A stretch of 64,000 nt of DNA from Poseidonia sp. (GTDB taxonomy: Archaea > Thermoplasmatota > Poseidoniia > Poseidoniales > Poseidoniaceae): assembly GCA_965661285.1 (NCBI GenBank), contig CBFIDD010000001.1, positions 128,001 to 192,000 of the forward strand. Direction: 5' to 3'. Under the pieces are notes generated by a model. It did no database searches and was not told the origin of the DNA. It was given only the letters and a program-made list of their open reading frames with translations. Shown here piece after piece: positions 1-7,866 of this stretch; position 1 is the stretch's first letter, and each line of letters starts with the position of its first letter. The translations under genes were made by a program, and so were the position numbers.

Positions 1-3000
1 TGTCCCAAACTGGATCTGAAGTAATGTCAGCGGTCACGTCGGTACCCTTGCCTTCGTATGGCATGACACGGTAGTTGACGGAACACGTGTTGGCGCTGTC
101 ATCGTAGCAGTAGTATTGGTTGTAGTAGGTCCAATACGGAGCGATGGTACCTGGGCGAGAGAGAGTGTTTCCAGAGTACGGCAGTTTGGGTTGTTGGTAT
201 GTCCAGAGGTTGCGCTCGGTGTTGGTGTTCCCGTTATCGATGAAGTACATCGAACCTTGGCGACTGATTTGAACTCGGTCGTTGGGGTCGTCACCGTCGT
301 AGCTGGTCCCGAAGTATTCGAATTCAAAGCCTGCTGGAATGTCGATGTTCGCATTGCAACGAGCCTTGTAGGTGTTCCAGTACCACGACGACAAACAGAG
401 GTATGCGTAAGGGTTACCATTGGACGTTCCGATCAGTGCATTGTTGGCATTGCTCAGTTCAACCAAGCCCTTGTCAAAGGTTTCCCAAGCATCGCTTGTG
501 GAGCTGGTGCTGATACGGAAATTGGTGGTGGTGGGCTCAATGCCTGCTCCGTAGTTGTACGTGGTTCCAGGGTTGTGATCAATGCTCGCTCCCTTCTGTC
601 GGGTTTGGTCCATGTAGCCGATGGACCACGAGCTGCGGTACGCCCGGCAATTGGTGTCGTACTTGAATTCAATTTCGTTGGTCACGTCATAAAACAAGGC
701 CTGAACCGTACAGGTTGGGCGATTGGAGTAGGACATCATGTCGAGCCATTCAACGACAAACACCTTGTTCGGGTCGCCGCGCTCAAACGTGTACGTAGCG
801 GATGTGTTGACGTTGATACCTTGAGAAACGGTGGAGACGTCTCGACTCGTGAAGTAGTACTCAACGGTGTCGTTGACATCGAGGTCCTCGACGGTCGCCG
901 TCCACGTACAAGATGAGAGAGCACAGTCTGCTCGGCTCTTACCAGCGGGTTGGGTGAGAACCGTTGAGACCCAGCTTCCTGCCGTTCCGCCGTCTGGCGT
1001 GATTCGGTGGTAAACGGTTGGACCCACACCAGCAGCGTTGCTCGTGTTGAGGCCTGCCGCAGGGTCGCCTGCGTCAAGGATGGTCACCGCAAAGGTTCGA
1101 GACTTCGCATGGGAATCAGCCATGGGGTTGTGAACCATGTCGGGCTTGAACGTGTCAGGCAAGGGCGCAACGCCGCCGGCCTTGAACGTGACGTCTCCGC
1201 CACCATCGGCCTTGCCGTAGTATCCGACGCCAAGAGCGAATCCGCTCCATCGGTAGGAGTTGGTGGAGCCGTACGAATAGCTGTACCTGGAGGTGCACTG
1301 GTCGCGGGAGAGGGCTCGGTAGAAGTAGTACCAGCCGTTGGTTGTAACACACATTCGGTTGGCGGTGGTGGTGGTTTGGGTAGCGTTCCAAGTGAAGGTA
1401 CCAAATTCGCCCGTGATGTCGCCAGGAATGGCGAACTTGAAGGCTTTGTTGTAGCTTCCGTAGGTCAGCGATTGTGTTGCTGCGTCGCCACCCGTCAACG
1501 GCGTATCGATACCGGTTTCCGTGCCGACACCGACGGTTGCCCAGGCGTTCTTTGTGCTGTCGTACACAAAGATGACGTTCATACCGGGTCCGTTGGCAGC
1601 ACCGATTTGCAGGTAGCCACCTGGAGTTCCACCGTCGTTGTTGGTCCAAAGATCCTGATTGAATTTGTTGGTGCCGCTGTTCATCCCGTACGTGCCGTAG
1701 GCAGGTGCGGTGTTTCCACGTGCGATCCAGTTGCCGTAGAAGGTGCTTGAACCGGTGTAGAAGCAAGCAGAAGAACCGGTTCCACAGTTGGAGGTGTCAA
1801 ATTCAAAGTAGTACTCATCGGAGTCGGTGTAGTACGTCATTTGTTGATCCATGTACGAAGAACCTTGCCACGAGCCACCGAGGTAGATGTCGGAGTTCAA
1901 CACGGTGAGTTTCTTGTGGGAGAGGGGTGCGTTGGCAGGGTCCACGATGTCCACCTGATACGGCGTAGGCGTGGTTTGCTGGCCGGTCAAGGCTGGCTCG
2001 TAACCAACGTTGGCGCCGCTGCCGCCCGTGTTGAGGTCTTGATACTTCCAGTAGTATTGGAAGTCATCGCCGTACGAGAGGTCGTCGACGCGCGCCTTGA
2101 ACTTGCACACGGTGGTTGTGGATGTACACGAGCCAATTGAAACAAGTTCGCCTGCGTCAAATTGACTGTTGCTACCGAGGCCATAGGTGGTGGTGGACCA
2201 GGAGGATCCACCGTCGGTCGAGTAGTGGAGTGTGGGGGCACCGCTTGACGTTGTGTCGATGCCGGACAAATCCGTCAGTGAGATGAAGAGCGTGCGCTCA
2301 CCTTCAATGTAGGAATCAATACCAGTGTATGGAATGAAATTCGCCGTGGGAGCGTCCGCATCAACACCACCTGAGTAGGTAATGGCGATGTGGGAGTTGT
2401 AGCTGCCCGACGTTGTGGTCCTGACGTAGAAGTAGGTGGAGCTGCCGGTGTATCGCTCACCGATACCGACCGTTCCGCCGTTCGTGATGGCGTTGTTGAT
2501 AATGCCGATACCACCGCTGGTCGAGGCACATGCTGTGGCCGAGTTACAGAGGTTAACGGTCTTCCAGCCGGAGCCGCTGCTGCTCACGGTTGCAGCGGTT
2601 GGCGAGAGGCCAATCGATGCCTTCAGGCTGCGAGCAGCGGTTCCCGAGTAGCTCGTCGTGTAGTACGAAGCGCTCAGGGCAGAACCGGTACAGGAACTGC
2701 TCCCCCACGCCGTGGAGGTAGAGGCCCCGGTCGTGGATGTGTATCGTGGCGAAGTACCACAACTCTCGAGAACCTTGACCTGCAAGGTCTTACCTGACCA
2801 CGAGGCGTAGCTGACATACTTCTTGAATTCAATTTTGTCCACGGTGGCGCCAGTTGGGAGGGCGCTGTTAGAGGACGTGAACGTGTACTTGTGCCATGGC
2901 ACGTTTCGGTAGCCGCTCCAGGTCGAGTACTCGTGGTATTGGTAGGTTCGAGTGTAGCAGTTTGGAGAGTAGAGATAGCAGTAGCCGCTCGATGCTGCAT

Positions 3001-4003
3001 TCACTCGAATGGTTGGGTCAAGAGCGACAGGATAGACACGGTCTTCGTCAAGAAGCCAAGCTGATTCCACCACGGTCACGAGGAAGATGTTTCCGCTGTG
3101 CACCTGAACGAAGAAGGTCCCCGTGGTGTGGGCCATCTCAGCAGCCGAGTCGGTGACCAGGGGCGCAGGGATGGTGACCAGAAGATCACCGGTTTCGAGA
3201 TGGCGGATTTGGAGGTCTTCTTGCGTCTTGAAGATCTCTTCGCCCAGAAGCGTTTCGCCTGAGTAAAGGCCGAAGTTAGCCGGAAGTTGCAACATCTCGG
3301 TCAATCCAAAGTACACGGCATTCTCTTGGAGAACGGGTGCTTCGCTGATGACAAGGTTTTGCTTCACTTCGTTGGCTTCAACCGTGTACTCAAGGGCGAA
3401 ACCTTCAGCGAGTGGATAGCGGATGACGTTTCCACCGATTTCAACGGAGTGGTCGCTTGGAGGGGCGTAGAAGCCCTGAGGAGCCGTCCCCGATTCGTCC
3501 ATGGCGATGAGCATGGGGTTGATACCGGAGACGACCGGTTCCATGAATTCGTTCGGCTGAACCGTGATACCGTTCGCAACTTCGGAAGCGAAATGCGTCG
3601 TAAACGTATTCTTGGAGACACCCCACCCTTCAGGGTGGGCCTGAATATTCAGGTCAATGTTCTCCCATGTGCCGTCGCCGGACATGTAGTGGATGGGTTC
3701 GCTAGCAACCAATTGCGTGATGGTGCCGTCCTCATTGAGGAAGGCTTTGGTCCTAACGTCTCGCATCCCTTGCAGTTCAAGCGATGGGTCGTATTCGTAT
3801 TCTGCTTCAGCGATCTTTTCGGGGAGCGGGTAGAATTCCTCTGCTCCAGTCGAGTCTGCTTCCACAGCCTCCACGATTGCCGTTGTTTCTTTGTTGTCTA
3901 CGTAGCCGCTCATTGGCATGAGCACCATCAATGCGCACAACAACAGTGCAATCCCGATACCGCCGAAGACGGTCTTTTTCTTATTTTTCTTGTTTCCCAA
4001 CAT
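1..4003 (-). CDS. Giant secreted/cell-surface protein, 3' end truncated by window edge (>1330 aa)
   Basis: Not in ORF track (no stop inside window). Manual translation from ATG at 4003 (GGTGA SD upstream): MLGNKKNKKKTVFGGIGIALLLCALMVLMPMSG signal/anchor, frame open to position 2. Contains WLLDEDRVYPVALDPT, a Ser/Thr/Gly/Tyr-rich region and two Ig-like + NIDO-like repeat units. Confidence 0.9.
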   Translation of the reverse strand, partial: MLGNKKNKKKTVFGGIGIALLLCALMVLMPMSGYVDNKETTAIVEAVEADSTGAEEFYPLPEKIAEAEYEYDPSLELQGMRDVRTKAFLNEDGTITQLVASEPIHYMSGDGTWENIDLNIQAHPEGWGVSKNTFTTHFASEVANGITVQPNEFMEPVVSGINPMLIAMDESGTAPQGFYAPPSDHSVEIGGNVIRYPLAEGFALEYTVEANEVKQNLVISEAPVLQENAVYFGLTEMLQLPANFGLYSGETLLGEEIFKTQEDLQIRHLETGDLLVTIPAPLVTDSAAEMAHTTGTFFVQVHSGNIFLVTVVESAWLLDEDRVYPVALDPTIRVNAASSGYCYLYSPNCYTRTYQYHEYSTWSGYRNVPWHKYTFTSSNSALPTGATVDKIEFKKYVSYASWSGKTLQVKVLESCGTSPRYTSTTGASTSTAWGSSSCTGSALSASYYTTSYSGTAARSLKASIGLSPTAATVSSSGSGWKTVNLCNSATACASTSGGIGIINNAITNGGTVGIGERYTGSSTYFYVRTTTSGSYNSHIAITYSGGVDADAPTANFIPYTGIDSYIEGERTLFISLTDLSGIDTTSSGAPTLHYSTDGGSSWSTTTYGLGSNSQFDAGELVSIGSCTSTTTVCKFKARVDDLSYGDDFQYYWKYQDLNTGGSGANVGYEPALTGQQTTPTPYQVDIVDPANAPLSHKKLTVLNSDIYLGGSWQGSSYMDQQMTYYTDSDEYYFEFDTSNCGTGSSACFYTGSSTFYGNWIARGNTAPAYGTYGMNSGTNKFNQDLWTNNDGGTPGGYLQIGAANGPGMNVIFVYDSTKNAWATVGVGTETGIDTPLTGGDAATQSLTYGSYNKAFKFAIPGDITGEFGTFTWNATQTTTTANRMCVTTNGWYYFYRALSRDQCTSRYSYSYGSTNSYRWSGFALGVGYYGKADGGGDVTFKAGGVAPLPDTFKPDMVHNPMADSHAKSRTFAVTILDAGDPAAGLNTSNAAGVGPTVYHRITPDGGTAGSWVSTVLTQPAGKSRADCALSSCTWTATVEDLDVNDTVEYYFTSRDVSTVSQGINVNTSATYTFERGDPNKVFVVEWLDMMSYSNRPTCTVQALFYDVTNEIEFKYDTNCRAYRSSWSIGYMDQTRQKGASIDHNPGTTYNYGAGIEPTTTNFRISTSSTSDAWETFDKGLVELSNANNALIGTSNGNPYAYLCLSSWYWNTYKARCNANIDIPAGFEFEYFGTSYDGDDPNDRVQISRQGSMYFIDNGNTNTERNLWTYQQPKLPYSGNTLSRPGTIAPYWTYYNQYYCYDDSANTCSVNYRVMPYEGKGTDVTADITSDPVWD

Positions 4004-4053
4004 ATGTCATTCACCCTATACGGACTGTATGCACTGCATCCCACGCCTTACAC

Positions 4054-4063
4054 CATTTATATT
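4054..4063 (-). promoter_or_regulatory. TATA box of the giant surface protein gene
   Basis: Minus strand reads AATATAAATG ~50-60 nt upstream of ATG 4003 in an AT-rich intergenic region. Confidence 0.6.
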
Positions 4064-4418
4064 GATTGGGGTACAAAATCTTTGAAACCATGACACAAAC
4101 AGGAAACGATGGCCATGAGTATTGGCAAAAAACGGTAGGATAATCGACAAGAAAGGATGGAAATCTGGAAGAAAAATATCAACTTTGAAATTGACACCGT
4201 TGTGATGCACGTTTGAGCACCACGCTTCCGCCCAGACAACCGAATAGGGGGAGGTCAACGAAAGCAGAACGACCGTTGTTATTGAAGGCAGCTTGACGGC
4301 CATCATGGGTTCCCAATCCTTTGGATAGGCATGGTATGCTGCGATGGCGAATAGGAACATCGAGCGGGCTGATGGACCTGTGATGGCCAAGCGTGCCATT
4401 TCAAGGAGAAGAAGGCCA

Positions 4419-4442
4419 GGAAGGCCGCCGCAGCGGCCTTCC
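4419..4442 (-). terminator. GC-rich hairpin downstream of the 4493..7663 gene
   Basis: Perfect 10-bp inverted repeat ggaaggccgc-cgca-gcggccttcc, followed on the minus strand by pyrimidine-rich ccttcttctccttg. Confidence 0.65.
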
Positions 4443-4492
4443 CAGCGTTGTACACCTCAGAGAGGTGGATGTGCTTCAGCACGAGTCAGGAA

Positions 4493-7400
4493 TCAGTAAT
4501 CCCAGTCCTTGCCTTCGCCGCCTTCACCGTCTCCGCGGGAGAGGATGAACGCACCTGCGATGAACGCTACGATGACCACGCCGCCGATCAAGCCCCAGGT
4601 CCACGTTGGGACACTGGAGGAGGCGTCGTCACCGGTATCGCCGATGGTGCCGGTGCCGTCGCCGGTGTTGCTGTTGTCAGCAACACGGGTGTCAGTGAAG
4701 CTGTTCATCGAGGCGGCAGCGTCCATGTTGCCCAAGGCATCCATTGGTACGGCGGTGAAGAAGTATTCCTGACCGGTGCGGATAGCGGGCATGTCGATGA
4801 TCACGGTGGTTGCGTCCCCACCCATGGCAGCGTCAGGGCAGGGGGTTGGCATTCCACCCGTGGTAAAGTCATCGGTGGACCAGCACACGTGCCACATGGC
4901 CACATCGCTGGCATCACCGGTCACCGTCCAGTTGACGACCCATTGTCCGTCAACGGCTGCCACCGACATGTCATCGGCCATAACATCACCATCGACCTCT
5001 TTGTCAGCGGTAACATTAGCGATTCCGGGCGTGGAGCAACCTTGGTCGTTGCAGACCGCCACTTCGAGATGGTAAGCCACGCCGTGCGTGGTTTGTGAAC
5101 CGCTGTAGGTGTACGAGCGGTCCTCACTTGGGACGGTGGCGTTGAATGCACCGGGGCAGTCAGGCAAGCTGAGAACTTGTCCGGGACTGACACAGATACG
5201 GAGGCTGTCCGAGGAAAGCATCGTACCGGAAATGTTCCATGACATGGCAATCGCTCCGCCGCGGGTTGCTTCAGCGCTGAATCCGCTCACGGAGGCATCT
5301 GGGATGGAGGCTTGGGCGAGTTCGCCGCCCATCAGCACCATGGGCCCTGCAGCCAGCACGGGAAGGTTGGCAGGAACATCATAGGTGAACATCTCCGTGG
5401 TGGCATCCACATCGGTGGACATGTCCGAGAGGAGAATCCACTTGCCTGAGCCGTCGATGTACCACAAGGAGGTGGCCTCAACGTCCTTTGGAACCATAAC
5501 GGAAACCGACTGGTCGAGGATATCGTTGGAAGTATAGGTTGTACTTGGAGCGTAGTTCACAACGGCAACGGCGGAATAGGTGCCGGTGAAGCCTTCCAGT
5601 TGTTGGTTTTCATATTCGGTGATGTCTCCGTCGGTGAAATTGGCAATCCCAAACATGGACTTGCCGTTGTAATCGAGGGCATATTCGATTCCAACACCAG
5701 CGTCGGTGGTCGCTGTGGCGACGATCGAATTCCAAATGAACAGGTCAATCTCTTGAGAGGCAACGCCGCCGTGTTCGTCGGTCACAACCACTGTGATGGG
5801 TGAGTCTCCGATAGGCAATGAAGCGGCATCCGTGGTACACACCGTACCTCCGTCGAGGAGCGTCGCAGTGCAGCCGCCGATTTCGCCGCTTGGGGATGCG
5901 TACGAAAAGGTGAGGCCCTCACCAGAGGGATCGTCAACATCGAACGCCTCAGTGGAGAATACCAAAGCCTCTCCCTGACCACTGATGATGTCACCCTCGG
6001 TCTCGAGCTCAAAGGACGTGATGATCGGCAGGTTGTTCACCACACGAGCGGTCATCGACTCGCCGTTGTTGCTCGGTCGTTGGTCAACGGCTCCAGTCCA
6101 TTGCTGGGCGTCTTGGTCGGTGGAGTCCTTCTCGTTCATGTTCAGCTCAACATCAATGGTGTACTCACCGGGAACGAGGTTGGTGTGGAAACAAGCACTG
6201 GTGATTGGTCCAAGGGTGCCAAGTGGAGTGTAAGGCGTAGGTGCTTCAACTCCCACCACACATTCGTTGATGGTCCCTGTATCAACACTTACACCATCCA
6301 AAGAAATCTCATAGGAGATGTTCCATCCGTAGGCCTTGGAGTAATCGCTCCCACGGTGCTCAATTTCTGCGAGGACAAGTGAACAGCCGACGTTGAGGTC
6401 GCCTTGTTCACCTGCGGTCACGATGGTGGTTGCGGCACCGGTGCAGTCAGAGTTGTAGCCTTGGTACACAGCAAGGTTGGAGATTCGTATGTCATCGTAG
6501 GTGATTTTCGTGCCGAGCAACTCGTCGGAGTCCGTTCGTGGACGGTCGTCGCTTGAGAAGTCGACCTCGCACTCGTTGTTCCACTGCGTGACGTTGTCCT
6601 CATCCCCCTCAACCGGCTCACTTACCTCGATGCAGTCCTCAAACTGGCCGTAAAGCGTGTACTTGACGAGTTCTGCAGAAATCGTGAACTGTGCGTTGCT
6701 GTCGCTGGTCGGGACGATCTCGCCCGACATCTCCCACGAGGTTTGGTAGTCAAGGACGGAGCGACTGGCGGTTTGCGTGGCGTTTGGATCGGTCTCGTTA
6801 GCGAAGACATCGACGGTCTGCGTCGTACCAACCACCATCTCGCTCTCGCCCTTCACATCATCCGTACCGAGCGTAGCAGTGCTCACTTCTCCGCCGGTCT
6901 TGATGGCGATTGTGACCTCTCGTGGATAGAACACATCGGAGCCGTCTGCGGTGACGATCAACTTGAACGGTGCGCTCTGGAGGTTGCTTGCGTCAAGCGT
7001 GGACGAGTCGGATTCAGTGACACCACCGCTGCCGTCGTTGACGAGCCAAACGAGGTCAACCTCAACGTCAAACCAGTCTTCGACCTTCACATACACGAAT
7101 TCAGCATCGTTGGAGGTGTCGGCATCTGTGGGGCTTTGAGCTTCAATTTCCACCACATACTCACCTTTGAGCGGCGTCCAGACGATGTCGGCGCCACTGC
7201 GCTGGAGGGTGACTTTGCCGCCACCGAGGAAGGAACCTGCGGCCAGCGGGCTGACAGCGGAGTCGTAATCACAAATCGTCCCGTCATCACACATGACGTC
7301 GAGATTTTCCCACACCAGGTCGTTCCCGTTTGCGTCCTTGGCAAGGTCGCCGACGTTCTGGCTGGAATCGGTGTTGTAGACCTTCACGGTATAGGTCAGC

Positions 7401-7663
7401 TCGTTGATGTCTGCATCACCGATGTTTCGGATGTAGGCAGAGAAGGTTACTTCTTCACCGACCTGCAGAGCGTTGCGGCAACCACCCGGGTTGCTGCAGA
7501 CTGTTTCTTTTGGCGTGGTGATGGCAACTACAGACACATCGGCTCCTGCGCGAGCGCTCGTGTCTTCAATTACCACTTGTTCTTTGAGTTCGTGCATGTC
7601 CATGCTGGCGAAAAAGCTCGTCAACAACAACATCACGAGGATAACAGGCGTCATTTTCTTCAT
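4493..7663 (-). CDS. Large acidic cell-surface protein (CARDB/Ig- and FN3-like domains, C-terminal TM anchor); S-layer-like candidate
   Basis: Start re-called at MKKMTPVILVMLLL (signal peptide), 1056 aa. DVSVVAIT...IRNIG and DTSND CARDB-like motifs, FN3-like C-terminal domains, G/T/D linker, TM WTWGLIGGVVIVAFIAGAFIL, short tail ending DWDY. Confidence 0.85.
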   Translation of the reverse strand: MKKMTPVILVMLLLTSFFASMDMHELKEQVVIEDTSARAGADVSVVAITTPKETVCSNPGGCRNALQVGEEVTFSAYIRNIGDADINELTYTVKVYNTDSSQNVGDLAKDANGNDLVWENLDVMCDDGTICDYDSAVSPLAAGSFLGGGKVTLQRSGADIVWTPLKGEYVVEIEAQSPTDADTSNDAEFVYVKVEDWFDVEVDLVWLVNDGSGGVTESDSSTLDASNLQSAPFKLIVTADGSDVFYPREVTIAIKTGGEVSTATLGTDDVKGESEMVVGTTQTVDVFANETDPNATQTASRSVLDYQTSWEMSGEIVPTSDSNAQFTISAELVKYTLYGQFEDCIEVSEPVEGDEDNVTQWNNECEVDFSSDDRPRTDSDELLGTKITYDDIRISNLAVYQGYNSDCTGAATTIVTAGEQGDLNVGCSLVLAEIEHRGSDYSKAYGWNISYEISLDGVSVDTGTINECVVGVEAPTPYTPLGTLGPITSACFHTNLVPGEYTIDVELNMNEKDSTDQDAQQWTGAVDQRPSNNGESMTARVVNNLPIITSFELETEGDIISGQGEALVFSTEAFDVDDPSGEGLTFSYASPSGEIGGCTATLLDGGTVCTTDAASLPIGDSPITVVVTDEHGGVASQEIDLFIWNSIVATATTDAGVGIEYALDYNGKSMFGIANFTDGDITEYENQQLEGFTGTYSAVAVVNYAPSTTYTSNDILDQSVSVMVPKDVEATSLWYIDGSGKWILLSDMSTDVDATTEMFTYDVPANLPVLAAGPMVLMGGELAQASIPDASVSGFSAEATRGGAIAMSWNISGTMLSSDSLRICVSPGQVLSLPDCPGAFNATVPSEDRSYTYSGSQTTHGVAYHLEVAVCNDQGCSTPGIANVTADKEVDGDVMADDMSVAAVDGQWVVNWTVTGDASDVAMWHVCWSTDDFTTGGMPTPCPDAAMGGDATTVIIDMPAIRTGQEYFFTAVPMDALGNMDAAASMNSFTDTRVADNSNTGDGTGTIGDTGDDASSSVPTWTWGLIGGVVIVAFIAGAFILSRGDGEGGEGKDWDY

Positions 7664-7708
7664 TTCAATACCCCCGAAAGTTCGGTGTCCTTTCCCACGG
7701 AATGCGTC

Positions 7709-7718
7709 GTATATATAG
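7709..7718 (-). promoter_or_regulatory. TATA box of the 4493..7663 gene
   Basis: TATATATA ~50 nt upstream of ATG 7663. Confidence 0.65.
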
Positions 7719-7866
7719 TATGGGCATGCTAAAGTTAGGCGGAAAATCCTCGATTTTCCCCCAAAAAACACGAAAAACGGAAAAACTGTCCTGCTGGTTT
7801 GTAAGAATTAGAGCAACTTTTTTGTAGAAAAATCAGGGTAGTCGAACCCCGGCAAACACCTTCTCG

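Noticed and set aside
34-4093. Many + strand and off-frame ORFs (e.g. 116..916, 1007..1750, 3287..4093)
   Set aside because: Shadows of the single minus-strand giant gene 1..4003; no motifs of their own.
4016-4399. 127-aa minus-strand ORF in the intergenic gap
   Set aside because: AT-rich atypical composition, runs through the downstream promoter and has no motifs; not supported as a gene.
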